NCBI GenBank assembly: GCA_001643675.2 | Contig: LSRY02000032.1 | Location: forward strand, 1 to 64,000 | DNA length: 64,000 bases | Direction: 5' to 3' | Origin: Monocercomonoides exilis PA203 | Taxonomy: Eukaryota; Protista; Preaxostyla | Shown here: positions 1-13,944 of the stretch, piece after piece | How the letters are laid out: the number at the start of each line of letters is the position of its first letter | How positions within the stretch are numbered: the first letter of the stretch is position 1 | Made by a program: the position numbers and the translations under genes | Notes under the pieces: model-generated | Databases searched by the model: none | The model's input: only the letters and a program-made list of their open reading frames with translations | What the model was told of the DNA's origin: nothing

Positions 1-3000
1 TTCTTGTCTGTGTTTGGTTCGCTGTCTCTTTTGCACATGTCGATGGAAAACGTGGTGTTTATGAATGTGTCAACAAACATTGCACACAGCAGCACCACTA
101 CTTTCTCAGAAGCAAACCATCTCCAGAAATCTCTTGTCTCCAGCATCTTGCTGGTTGACTGTGACCAATCACTGTTGAGTGTTGATGAGAGTGCAACGAG
201 GCTCGCAAAGTTAGTCGTGTTCAACTCTTCGTTTCTCAGATCGCATGACATTCAAAAGGATCAATGCTTCAACACTTCACTGCCTTCGTTTTCGAGTGGA
301 CAAATAGAGTTCGACAGTTGCAGATTTGAATCATGCACATCAGCGACACGGAATGGAGGCGCACTAAATGTTGGTGGGAGTGCTTCTCTGACACTCAGAA
401 GTTGCACTTTCACAAATTGCTCAATAACTTATTGTGGAGAAATGCCAAGAGGAGGTGCTGTTTACACATTCACAAGAGCAGTACTGTTTTAAACACTTTG
501 TTTTATGGGTGCTCATGCAATTGTTCATCAGTTCAACCTTTTGGAGGAGCTTTGGCTGTTTTCAATGCTTTCACATTTTGAAACAATGCGAGTTCAAAAA
601 ATTGCTTTTCTCGCACATGTGGAGCATTTAACATTGAACAGCATAAAAAATTGGAACTTATTGACTGCTTGTTCGACAAAAATGAAGCAATTGTATCAAG
701 AGGTTCTTTTCATTTATACAATGGAACATTCAATGATTCTATAACCAACAGTTTGATCAAAGATTCAAAAGTGGAAAACGGTTTGCCGGAGCACTCAGTT
801 TTGAGTTTTATACAAATAAAAATGATCTTTATAAAATATTGCCTATTTGATAATAACATATCCCCAACAAATGAAGGGAATGATATCCATTTTAGAGCAA
901 ATAATACAGTTAATGCAACCAAGAGTGGATAATATATTCATATTCGACATCAAGTCAGACCGGGAGAGTGTATTGCAACGGAGACAAAGCAGGGTGGCTC
1001 CCAGATGTGCCTGCAGTGTACGATCCTCTGAGAGTCGACTCAGCTGGGGGAAGCGATGATGCAGGATGCGGGAAGAATGGAGCAGAGTGCAGGACAATCG
1101 CGTTTGCGGTGACACAGTGGGTGAGCCACAGACACACAGGGGTTGTGGTGTGCAGCGAGGTGAGTGTGGAGAAGGCTGTGAGCATCTCCGGGCTGGAGAT
1201 TTGCATAAGCAAAGATGCAGCAATGGAACATGGAACGATTCGGTCGGATGTGGAAAGCGGCTCGCTGTTCAGTGTGGGTAGCGGGAAGCTGGAGTTGGAG
1301 GGGTGGACAGTGATTCATGATACAGGAAATTCGAGGGGTTCGTCTCTGTTTGCAGTGGATGGGTATGAGGGTTTGGCGCATGTAAAGAATTGCACGATAC
1401 AAGCGGACTCTGTGGATTTGTCGTTTCACGAGCCGCTTTTGTGGCAGGGAGGGGAAAGATTGCTATCGAGGACTGCCAAGTGGAGAATGTGTGTCTGGAA
1501 GGGTGCAGTCTGCTGATGTGGAGTGCTGAAGGAAGTGTTTGTGTTCGAGGCGGGAATATAACTCAGATAACGAGAAGAAATGGAAACGGGGAGTGGCAGA
1601 GAAGGCGTTGGAGGCAGGAGAGATGTTTGAGTTTGGGAATGTGACGATGACCGGGTGCAGGTGCAGTGCGGGGGATGGCGGAGCGATTTGGGTGGAGATG
1701 GTTGGAGGAAGCTGTGCGAGAATAGGATCAGAAAGTTCAGTCACAGGGATGAAGCAATGCTGGGCAGAACGGGGTGGGGAAGGGAGGTTTGCTGGAGAGA
1801 GCAGAGGTGGAGGGATATGTTTGGTGCTGAAGGATGGAGGCGAAGACTTCTGTGTGGCTCGCCCGTTGTTTGAGGAGCAATGCGGATTGGGGGCGAAATG
1901 TGTTTGTCAAATCTCCGGACCTCAAGAAAAGCACTGTTCAAGCACATTTTCCGTTCTATCCAGAGTATTTCTCGGAGCAAGAGATGCAGGGAGAAGATGG
2001 AAGAACACCGAATATTGGAATCCCGCTGGTGTATTTCCTGCAGCTGCGAGAAGCGCAGTGAGTGTGGGAGACGGGGAGTGGATGTGAGTGCATGTGGATT
2101 TGCAAAGTATCAGTGCAAGACGATGGACTATGCATTTGGGCAGCAGGAAGGGATGCATCTGGTGCTGTACAACAAGAGCTACACATGGAGAGAGTGCCTG
2201 GTGCTTGATGGAGCAGAGGATATGACTTGGGCGGGGAAGAGAAGGGATGTCGGAGGTGAGGATGGTTGGGAACGAGAGTGGGCTGTACGAGATGGTGAAG
2301 GTGGGGAGCAGTGTGCAGATATCACTTGTGGCATTTGCCTTGGAGCCTGAACTGAAACAGTCGCAGACTTGTGTGTTTGCAGTCGAAGGGAAGGGAATGG
2401 TGCGCTGACGCTCTCTTCATCGCGGGTGAGCGGCGATGCGGATGTGCTGTCTGTCCCGTCTGTTTTGTGTGTGTGAGAAGGGAAGATGCTGATGAGCAGT
2501 GTTGTTGTGGAGCATTTGTGCTTTTGGTGGAGCCGTTTGTGAGGTGCAGCGGAACGGAGTCTGAAACGGTGATGATGCAGGCAACGTTCGCTGACACGAC
2601 AAGCTGGGGAGAAGAAAGGTTGATTGTGCTTCGCGATGGCTCCACGGCAAAAATCAGCAAGAGTGCGTTTGAAAGCAGCAGCGGAAGCAAGCAGCCGATG
2701 ATTGTTGTGAACAAAGCCAGGAAGACCAATGTGAGCGAGACAAGCGTAGACTGCTCTCTTTCTGGTCAAGGAGATGGGTGTTTCCTTCGCGGAACGCTGG
2801 GAGTGGGGTGCGAAATATGGTGTAGATGGACTTGGGTGAGGGACATGCCCAAGAGGAAACGGGGAATGCTGAGACTGGTGCTGGAAGGCGGAAGCAAGCT
2901 GCAGATTGGAAGAAGCATGGAGACGATTGTGAGCAAGTGCAAAGCAGTTTTTGCAGCAGGGAGTGGGGGATATGGAGGAGGGATGTATTTGGAGACAAAT

Positions 3001-6000
3001 AGCAGTGACGTGAATATGGGGCTGAATGCAGTGAAGTTTGATGGATGTCAAGCAGACAGGCATGGACACAATCTGTTTTTACAGCCCCCAACTTCACAGC
3101 TTGTGTGACAAAAGCCGCACTCGGACTTTGTGGCTGACACCACAAATGAAGAGGAGCTGAGGGATATGAAGGAGGAAACAGCACATATGCAATCCCGTTG
3201 GTGCTGTATCTGCGGACGACCTGAGCCAGTTATGGTTGGTGGAGATAACAAAAAGATTTCGACAGATGTGGATATGCTGGACACGGGTGCGAAACGATGG
3301 ACTTTGTGATGGCTCGGTGGGTGGAGGAAAACGGACTCAACGCATCAATATCAAACACTGTGCCGCTATACTCGGAGGCAAGTCTTGTCAGCGGGTATTT
3401 GTGCTGAACGGCACATCAGTATATTCTCAAATAGACGTGTTCGAAAATGCTGCAAAGAAACAGGATGGGATGATAGAGACAAGCTGTGCATTTTACGAGG
3501 ACTGAAGATTACTGGGCCAGCGAGCTTGAACACGAGGTTTTATCTAATATGCACGTGGAGTCTTGACATTGAGCTCGTGCGCTCTGAGTGTACGCTCGTC
3601 ACTCTCAGCTGCATATTCCATGATCGCCTGCACAGGAGGGCAGACAACGTTGAATGATGTGACCATCAGGAATGCTGTGTGTGCGTGTGGAGCCATGATT
3701 TGGATCACAGGAGAAGGAAGCTGCACCATGGATGAATGCACAATGATGAATGCAAAGGGTTCGGAAGCAACAGATGGATGCGTTGTCTATGCATCATCTG
3801 GCACTCTGGAAATAGGCACGACATTTTCAGAGGAAGGGGCAGATGACAGATCAGGCAGCGTGAGGCTGGCAGATAAGCTGGGAAAGTGGATGGGAGTGAG
3901 GAACTGCACGTTCAGAGGCTTGTCAAGGAACGGAGAAAAAGGATGTGTGCTGTTTGGGATGTTGGATGAAGGGATGGTGCTTGAGCTGAACGATGTGAAC
4001 ATGGAGAACTGCACTGTGAGTGGAGGAAGCGGAGGAGGATGCTTTGTGGAGTTGTCGAAGACAGCAAGACTTCGTGTCGGAGAGAGTGGGAATAGAATGC
4101 TGGCTGAAGGATGCCGAGCGCTGGCTGGCGAATGTGGCGGATTGAAGGGATTTGGAGGAGGAATGCTGGTGAAGTGCATTGAAGAGGCAAGTGATATGAT
4201 AATTGCGGGGGTGAAATTTGGAGAAGGGGAAAAAGCGAACATGGCTGACAAGGGAGGAAACAATGTGTTTGTTTCGTGTGTGAATTTATCAATGGTGGTG
4301 AATGAAGGCTCGTTCAACTTTGACTTTATGAAGAAAGTTGAAGAGTCGCCCAGGCTGTGGGATTTGATGGGGATGGAAAATGGAGCAAGAGAATCCGATT
4401 CCGCTTGTTGTGTTCTTTCGAGAAAGCGCAGGGAATGTGTTTGTTGGAGACAAAGGGTGCGATTATGTATTATGCGGGTTTGAGGATTATCCGTGCAGAG
4501 GAATTGTGCATGCTGCAGCACTGCGAAAAGGATCGGAAAACGTGGTGGTTACGCTTCTTGCAGACTTTGGGTTTGCGATTCCATAATTCTGGATGCTCAA
4601 GAAATGACCATCAACACCCAAGGCAACAGCCACGAAAGAATGGTCCATGGAGAAGGAGAAGGAGAATCCGACTGGTTGATAGAGACCAAAAAGAACATCA
4701 CTTTTGAAGATGTCTCATTTGGGATGCCGCCTTCATTTAACTACCAACGTGAAAGCTTTCTGAGGTGCAGCAAAGACAAACTGGAGCTCAGAAGGTGTTT
4801 GGCGAAGGTTGAGGCAGACTCAAGGAGGATTGATTATTCATTTGTTAGTGTGGAAGGAGGGATGCTTGTGATGGATGATTTTCAGCGATGGAGTTGTGTG
4901 CTGTGCAACATGGGCTTGTGGATGGAAGAGGGCTGGACTCAAAAGTGGAGCTAAGTGGGGTGAAGTTTGAGGGTATTTCTGTGGAAGGAGAAAGAGGAGT
5001 TGTGTGTGGGCAAAGCTGTGGATTGCTCAGCATGAATGATTCTTGGATGAATTCGTCTGCTCTTGGAGACAGCTGCTTGGTGTGGTTTGCGGGTGCGCAT
5101 CCGTTAACATGAAAGGGCTGAGCATCTGGAACGTGTCGAGAACAGCAGGGAGTGGAGGGGCATTCAGTGGAGAAATAGGAGAAGGGTGCAAGTGCGAGAT
5201 CCGAGGGCACATTTGGCAATGTGAGTTGTGGGGAGCATGCTGGAAGGGGAGGGTGCGGAGCTGTGGAGTGATGAGAAATGGGAAGCTGATTATTGGGGTG
5301 CGTTTTGAAAAGAATGGGGTGGATGAAGAAGCAGGGTTTGGGGGAGGGTTGTTTGCTCGGTTTGTGGATGTGAGTGTAAAGTACAGCATGAAGCACAACA
5401 CATTTGCAGAGAACAAAGCAAGCGTGGGGAAAGATGTGTATGTGATTTGCCCGCAGGCGAGAAAGATGCTGTATCAGGAGTTGTGGGAAGGAACAGTCGA
5501 AGAGGATGATGAAAAAGAGCGGTTTTGGGTTGATGAGAGTTCTGGAGTGGTAATCAACACTTCGATATTAGTTATGCTTTTCCGGCAGGCGAGAGATTGT
5601 ATTTGTTGATGGAACAGTGATAAATTCAGAGGGTGTGGGCACGAAGAAACACCATGTGGCGATGTGTTGCATGGGTTCAAAGCAATGAACGAAAATCAGA
5701 CCACAATAAGGATTGTGTCGGGCACATTTTGGGATCAGTTATTGATCGAGACTCATCGCTCGCAATTGAAGGGGCAAAGGCAATTCACCCAGAGCTGGAG
5801 ATAAAACAAAGCGGGCAGCTATGTGTGTCTCATGAAAACATATCCCTTTCGCTTCGAGGCTTGACTTTCAGATTTGCAACAGAACTTTCGCCAGCATTAA
5901 CTTCTTCACAATTATCTTCGGTATCTTCTTTTGAGTTGAATTCTGTCTTTGCTATCAGCTGCGGACGATGCGCAGTGACAGATTGTGCATTTGGAAGAGG

Positions 6001-9000
6001 AGGCGAAGGAGGAGATGAAGACCAATCAGAGGTGACAAGATGGCTGGTATATGAAACCGGAGGTGCAGTTGAGATGAGTTCTGTTCAGTTTGAAAGTGTT
6101 GATTTTTGCAATGAATGTGGGATTGGACTTTGCCTTGGTGGAGAAATGGTTTGCCAAAACGTCACAATTTCCACATTGCAACAGATGGCCCGAATATGTT
6201 TGAAAGCAGAGGCAATGCTCGGGTGGAATTCAGCATGATGAACGTGAGCCATGCAAGAGCAGAGAAAGGACGATTTGTCACTGTGAAGGAAGGGTCGAGC
6301 TTGATGATGGGCGAGGAGTGTGCGCTTGAGGGTTGTGGGCGAAGTTCAGTGAATGGGAGTTTTGCTTGCTGCGAAATGAGCAAGGAAGCAGAGCTGAAGA
6401 TAGAATCTGGGGCAATGAGCCATTGGGCATGCGACAATGAGAAAGGTTATGGAGGATGCCTGTTCGTCAAGCTGTGTGCCGGGTTTGGTGGAGATTTTTA
6501 CTTCAAAAATATTCAGTTGAGTGAGAATGATGCCTTTGAGGGAAGGACATGTTTGTGGAATGTGTAGAACTAAATGCATCGGTGACACAAGAAAGGTTCA
6601 GGTTTGAGCTGGCAAGTGGGAGCGACGGGAAGGCTGCTGATCTGAAGGGTATTGATGCAACGCGCTTTCCCTCTCCAGTGGATTTGAGGCTGTTTCTTAT
6701 TCAGGCGCACTGCATGCAGGCTGTTGTGTCCAGCGAAGGGTATGACACTTTGGGCTGCGGGGTGCTGATGCATCCCTGCCAGTCATTTTGGAGGCTATTG
6801 CAACACGCAGGCAGACGCAGATCCAAAGGAGCTGGCAATACAGGAGGTGCAACAGTCAGTCGCGGATACGATATGTCTTCATTTGTTGTTGCTTCGTTGC
6901 CAGCAGAAGAATACAGCAAACTGCACATTTCACATGACATCCAGGATGGGATATCTGGTGCAGTGTTTTGGAATGCCAAGGCGCTGTTGTTCCGCACAAT
7001 CAAATTCTCATTTCCCCCAACAGCATCATCTGCCGTTCGTTCGATGATTGCTTCGTCGTCTGCAAGCTCTTTGCTGTCGATTATCAACTGCTCCATATCC
7101 AAAGCGAGTGGCGCGCAGTTCAATATGTGGCTGTATCAGTCACAGGGCGAGCTTGTTATTGAAAGCAGTTCGTACACATCGTCTGGCGAGTATGCTTCTG
7201 CTCCCTTTTCTGTTCGTGGCACAATGTGTGCGATAAACAGCTCATTCAGCACGGCTCAAACGAGATCAAGCAAGGAAGGAGGGCTGATGCAAATCAAAAC
7301 AGTGGCGGTGATTCGGTAAAGATGGAGGATGCACACTGGAAGGGTGTGCATGCACTGAAGAAGAATGGGAAAGGGGGCGCTTTGTATGTTGATGGGAAAG
7401 AAGCCGTTCAGTCTAATTGTTTGCTGCTGAAAAGTGTCAATTTTGCAGCGAATCACGCACAAATCGGGGAGCACATGTTTGTTGCGTGTAAAGACCTGAA
7501 TGCCACAGTGACAAAGTCGAGCTTCATGTTTTCGTTGGATTTTGTCAAGGAAGATGACAATGGGCTGATGGGAAGCGATGCAGTGCATAATGAAACAACG
7601 CTTCTGAGGTTTCTTGTGCAGTACAAAGGAAGCACAGTGCACATTGCTCGAGCCGGGTATGACTTGTTGCGATGTGGAGGAGCAGAGGATCCGTGCAGGA
7701 GCTGGACTCACGGGGTGAAGCAATTTGAGTCAGAGTCCCCACAAAAATAGTTGTGATCGATGGAGGCTGCAACTACAAGGAGAATGGGGTGCTTTCGGAT
7801 TATGAAGTGAAGTCGATTGGGGAGGAAGAAGAGGAGCAATCAAGAGCTGAGCTTTGCGTCGTGCAGGGCGATGACGAACAACATGACGTGTGCATGCGAA
7901 ATGCAGGGGTGCTTTGTTTTGAAAAGATCTCGTTTGTTGTGGCAGAGGGTTTTCAAACGAGGAAAACGGGGTGATTGTCAGCGAAGATGGGAACTTGAGG
8001 TTGACGAGCTGCGAGGCTTGGATGAACGGCAGAGCTTTGCTGGAAAATAGCGCTTCATTTGTCGTTGTGCTGAGAGGGCTGTGCTGCTGGAAGGAATGAC
8101 AGTGAGCCGCTCATCGTTTGGAAGAAGTTTGATGGAAATAGCGTCTCATGTGGATTGTGTGTTGGATTCTGTCAGTGCAGAATTGATAAATGTTGAAGAA
8201 GGATGCATAATTAGCATGAGAGATGACGACTCTGAGCAAATGAACAGCAAAAACGCTGGAGCAGGGATTTCATTAAACAAGTGCTCATTCAAGAATATCA
8301 CAAACAACGGAGAGAGCGGAAGCGTTGTGGTTGTTGGAGGAAGAGGCAGTGGAAGCAAACTTTGCATTAATTCGAGTATGCTTGAAATGTGCACAAGCAG
8401 CAATTCGCAGAAAGGAGGGGCAATTCTGTTTCGATTGAGCTCTGGCGGATGCTTGGACGTGAGGGTTCGACGATTGGGCTGTGCAGCTGTTCGGCACAGA
8501 ATGGGTGTGGAGGCGGCTTCTATGTTGAGGCTGTGCATGCAGGAAGCCTGAACATGCTTTTTACTAATATCAAGTTCGACTCGAACATTGCGCATATCGG
8601 GAGGGATTTGTTTGTGGAGTGCAACAACATCAAAGAGCAGATCAACGAGACGCAGTTCCAGTTTGATCTGAGAGAATCGAAGTACAACAGGCTGAATGCA
8701 ATATTTGGAATAGACAGAGCAGAGTTGTGTGTGGAGGCAGTGAATCTGATTGAGTTTATTGTGATATATCAGAATGACACGATCTTCACGAGCTCGGATG
8801 ATGGATCAGCAAGTGAAGACAGCAAAAACTGTGGAACTCAGGCGCTTCCATGCTTGTCGGTTGGGTATGCTGTTGGCCATCTCACATATGACTTTGAAAG
8901 CCAGATTGTGGTTGTTGGAGAAGGGTTGATTGGAAAGGAAGTGGACGTGGCAAATGTATCGATACGATCGCGGGGATCAGAGACTGCACTTCTGCGCATT

Positions 9001-11717
9001 GGCACACAACTGGAATGCACACGCCAGTATGTGGTGCTGTGTTCGGAGGCAGTTTTCTTCAGGGGGATTTCGTTTGTTGTTTGTGCAGAGAGCATGCGTG
9101 GTCATGGATGCTTTGTGGAGTGCAGCAGAGGCACAACACAAATGACAAGGTGCTCGTTTCGAAGCGATGCAGAGATGGGAGATTCCACCAAGATAAATGC
9201 CATTTTGGTGCAAGTGGAGGCAAGGGGATGTCTGCAACTGGAAAACACAACACTGAGACAGATATCGTCAGAATGTCCGCTGATAGCATGTGAAGGACAA
9301 TCAACGCTGCGCTGCACTTCCTAATCATGGAATCGCTTTTCTGTGCATGTGATGCGATTCTTGTAAAAGAATGCGAATTATTGGGCATGGAAAAAGTCGA
9401 GTGCCATGATGTTGTGTGCAGCAGTGGAGCGCTGTTTGCCTTTCAGGGAATAAATGCTGGTGAGAGGAGTGGAAACAGTGAAGAATACTCTCTTTCAATG
9501 GGCTCATTTAAAAATATATCAATCGAGGCAAGAAAGCAAACACTTTTCTGTTTTACGCGCTTAACAAATCTGCGAATGCGAAACATCACTTTTAGCAGAT
9601 GCTCGGCACTTGTGCAGAATGGCATGTTGCTATCTTCTGATAGATGCCATGAAACAGAAATTGAATACTGCAGCTTTAGCGGGAAAGGAATGGACGACAC
9701 CGTGGAGTCAAAGACGCCAAGAAGCGAGAATATGCAAATGGAATGGATCACTAGTTGCCCTGCAACAGTCTGAGACAATAATAAGAGGCACCACCATATC
9801 AGAATCGCCAATCGGGGGATTATTTGTGTCTGGAGGAATGTGATGATAGATCAAGGGAGTTTCGGGACAACAATGCAAAGGTGAAAGGATATCCATCTGC
9901 ACGAAGGAATATAGCATGCGCTGATCGTGGCATGCTGTCAATCTATAAGCCCTGAAAGGAGGAGACGGCATGTTGCCAAGCACATGTGGATTGCAAATAG
10001 CAATTGTGTGCTTGGTGGAATTGCTTCAGAGCGAGCATCATCATTTTTTATCCCTGTGCTAGAGTCGGTGAAGATGGAAAAAGGAGAAATTACAACAGAG
10101 CTCACATTCATCAGGCTTCTTCTTCCATGCAATCTGACAGTTCAGATAGCTTTTTCAATTGGAAGTGAGTCTCAAATAGAAAAGCAAAATATGAATGAGA
10201 GCGACTACAAATCTGAAACTGAGATTCACAGCTGGATACCTTCACAAAAAATAAATGGGGGTATCGGAAGAGGTTGAAGTGTCAGTGTGCATTCTGTTTG
10301 GAGACGAGCATTCGGCGACCAACTGATTCTTTCATCCTGAAGAACAGGAGCGAGCAGAGAGCTTTGGCGATGAGAAAATAACAGAAGGAGCACAAAGCCC
10401 AAATGCATCATGGCCAGTTATTGTTTGCATCGGCTAGTAGTATTATTCTTTAACAATAATTATATTTATAGTCCGATGGAGAAAGCAAAGAGAAGAACAG
10501 AAGAGCTGGAAGTGATTGTTGAAGACACAGTGAAGAAGGATCCGAAAGCGTTTGAGATGGTGACGATGGAGATGTCACCCGAGGAGCAGTGGAGGAGAGC
10601 TGAGAGGGAGGCAGAGAAGAAAGAATGAAGAGAGAGGATAAGAAGAGTGTATGAGAAAAGCTTGGGACATTCAGAGTCATCAGAGCATTTGTTGAGTGAG
10701 TGGCTCAACAGAATACATCTTGGGGAGAGATTCAGACAAGATCCCTCAATGGATGCTTGAGAAGGTTGAAGATGAGGAAGAGACGAGGAAAAGAACACCA
10801 TCGCCATCCATTTCATCCACCTCAACAACAGACACTACAGACACAGACACAACATTTGTTCGAGGAGAGGATCTGTGTCCAACCACCTCATCGATGTCGA
10901 ATCTGGTGGATGCAATGGCCTGTTCATCGCCACATGAGAAGCTCATTGTGGACTTGAGGATTCGCTGTTCATGTTGCTTCATGGAAGGAATGAGAAGAAA
11001 GAGATGGCGATAGGCACTCTGCAGGAGCGGAGGTCTCGGCTGCTCAGATCCTGTTCTGGGTGGCCAGCCTGCCCTCCACTCATTTGATGAAGAACAGGAA
11101 TTGCCTTCTCTTGCCAACCTCAGCCCTCACATCGTGCTGTTTTCTGAGCACATGGTGATCTGCATTGCCGACTGCTCCTCAGACTCAGACACTTCATCCA
11201 CTTTTTCTTCCACCTCGACAATTGTCACCTCTTCCTCTGATGTTTCTGTGAGAGCGAGAGATTCTCAAAATCACCACCACCTTCGTCGGCCTTTGAGGAT
11301 GAGGATGACAACCGGAAAGAGTGTCTGCGGTGGAAGGCGCCAGAGCTGCTGATGAACAAAGATCTGGGAGCCACAAAGAAGACAGTTGTGTTCTCGATTG
11401 GGATGATGCTGTGGGAGAGTCTGACGCTGGAGATCCCGTTTGGCGAGTATGAAGCAGAGGTGGCGGGGATGTGGCTGAAAGAAGGAAAGCGGCCGAAGAC
11501 GGGAGGACTGGAAGGGAGCAGGCTGGAAGGGCTGGTGAAAGGGTGCTTTTCGCAAGAGGCGAGGGACAGGTGCACTCTGACAGATGTGAAGCGGGTGCTA
11601 ATTGGGCTGTTCCCGGCCGGGACAGTCATGCTCACAGTGACCGATGCGATTGGGCTGGAGGAAGAATCAGGAAGCTACAGGAAATACAGCAGGTTCAGTG
11701 GGGAAGGAAGCAACTGA
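1..11717 (+). pseudogene. Frameshift-riddled, 5'-truncated mirror copy of the giant receptor pseudokinase gene (probably sequencing error rather than true decay)
   Basis: Dozens of short + strand ORFs reproduce consecutive pieces of the 16056-28438 protein and end at the same ...FSGEGSN stop. Breaks are mostly 1-nt deletions in short homopolymers. Confidence 0.85.
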
Positions 11718-12602
11718 GAAGGCAGAAATTAAAGTGAGCGTGATTTTGACGGATGAGCATAACAATGTTTGAAAATGGAATGACAAAGAAAAGAGAAACG
11801 GAAAAAGAAGAGGCTAGTGGAATTGGTCACACAAGATTTCACAGATAGAAGATCCATTGAAGAAGCATTGGAAGCAAATGAATGGATGGATTGCAGCCGC
11901 ATTTTGTGTGACGAATATGGTGAGATGCCCGTCATCACGCACAATTGCGATATCTGCTTGAATTTATCTTGCTCTCTTTTCTTTTCTTTCTTTTATTTTT
12001 CCTTTATATTTTTGTTTGTGAAGAAAGGATTTCTTCTACGTGCCTTTTCTTCTATTGGCTGATTCATGGCATTTGCATGCGTGCCACATACACTCTGCAT
12101 TTCAGCACATGTCTATTTTTGAGGCATTGGCTTTCTTCCAAGTTGAATTATGTTATTAATAGTATTTTTCATTTCAAAGAAATTCACCAAAAAATGATTC
12201 AAAATCGGGAGAAAAATCAATCAAGAAAGCACGATTATGATTCAAAAATTCTTTGTTTTAACTAAATATAAATTCTATTGTTGTTTCAATTTAAAATCAA
12301 ATAATAATTTTTATTTGTTAATTCAATACTTGAATTTATGATGATATTAGAAGCAATATTCCACACTTTTTGGATGTTATTTAATTGTTTGACTGTTAGC
12401 ACATAAACAAAAGTGTTTCTGAAAAATCACTGAAAAAAATTCTTATTCATTTTAATAAAATTCAACAAACCAATTTGTGATTATATTTTTTGTTGAAAAA
12501 ACAAGATAGTTATTTGTATTAAAGGTAGAGTGAACTCAACCGACACCTAAAATTAACATCCATAATCATTTTCCCAACATATTAAATGATAAATATTTAA
12601 TA

Positions 12603-12855
12603 TGGGTGATTATTTTGAAATCATAACTTTTTCGGGATGCTGATTATTTTGATAATTCATTGTCAAAGAGAATCAATTAATCTTTGAAATGAAAAATCAT
12701 TTCAATTGTGTCAAAAGCAATATTTGATGAAAATGGAATACAAAGATTGTCTTTATAGGATTTATCACTTTCCTGTGTCCATTTATCAATATTCAAAACG
12801 ATATTATCAAATCAATTTTTGTTCAAAAAAATATGATTTCAAAAATAATCATCCA
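12603..12855. mobile_element. MITE-like element with ~24-bp terminal inverted repeats flanked by TA (mirror copy at 14906-15160)
   Basis: Left end TA|TGGGTGATTATTTTGAAATCATA, right end TATGATTTCAAAAATAATCATCCA|TA. Non-coding AT-rich interior. Related termini recur at 41557-41580 and 41717-41740. Confidence 0.6.
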
Positions 12856-13944
12856 TATATTCTAATTTTATTTAGAAAAATAACTATATTCAAATATTAA
12901 AAATCATCTCTTTCTTATCATTTATTTACAAAAATAATTAGATTTTCTAGGAAAACCCTAACTTTTTTACCTTTTCTTAACCATAGCAAATAAAACGCGA
13001 AAACAATTAGTCGTATAACACTAAAAAATCTTCAATTCAGAGATTGTTTAAGAAAAATAACATAAATATGAATGTAATGAGTGTGATCAAAATAGGTGTC
13101 GATTGATGCCACTTTTGCCGTGTTAAAAAAATTATTATTAAAATAATTTTTAGTCTGTTCGCGTGTGAAAAAGTTTTCAAAAATAGCAAGCAAAAGTGTT
13201 TGTGCACATAATTTTCGTTGGCACTTCATCAAAAGAAATAATTGTTTATCATCGAAACTTTATTATTTTAATTTCCGAGCGTATTGCATAAAAGAAACGG
13301 AATAAAAAATTCACACAAAATTTAGTGAGATTGCGTTCATAATTATTTCAATCTGAAAATCAATATGAATATATTTCACTTGATTCTGATTTTTTAAAGA
13401 AAAATATATCATTTTTTTAATATCACATATTTGTCAGATTTTAAAATTCACTCAACCAACATCGTTGAATTCCCAACAAATATTTCAAAATTTGCATTCA
13501 AAATTCAAAGTTCTTGAACCATGATAATATCAATAAATTCAGAAAGAAATGATAAATATCAGCATTATAGGAACTTAAAAATTTTATGGTAAATTATGAA
13601 TATGACAAACGATTATCAACACTTTTCTCAAAATGATTATTTTCTTTTGTTTTTTTGAATGTTTTCGAATGAATCAATTCTCTAATTGCTATTTCTTTCC
13701 TTTCAAAAATGAAATGAATTTCACCTGTGTGACTGTTTCAAAAATCAAACCATTTTTACTGAAAATTGGGTTATTCTTTTGAAAAGTCGCAAATATTCAA
13801 TTAATTATGATTAATAAAGATACCTCCATTTTGAATGTTGAACTGATCTGTCAAACAAAACTATTCTTTCAATTACATGTTCACAAAACGAGATTATTCT
13901 GTTTTTAACTTGGTGCTTGCTTTCATCATAAATCATTTCTAATT

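Larger units (their letters stand above)
1..13832. repeat. Left arm of a ~13.9-kb inverted duplication (palindrome); runs to the window edge
   Basis: Bases 1-33 are the reverse complement of 27830-27862. ORF translations mirror each other throughout (e.g. 8930..9145+ equals 18650..18865-). The match continues inward to CCTCCATTTT at 13823-13832. Confidence 0.98.

Noticed and set aside
1-11717. Many independent small genes or an operon on the + strand
   Set aside because: They are consecutive frameshifted fragments of one gene whose more intact copy lies at 16056-28438.
13833-13944. Sequencing hairpin adapter at the palindrome centre
   Set aside because: The spacer is ordinary AT-rich genomic-looking sequence and does not resemble adapter sequences I recognise. 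This does not exclude a fold-back chimera.
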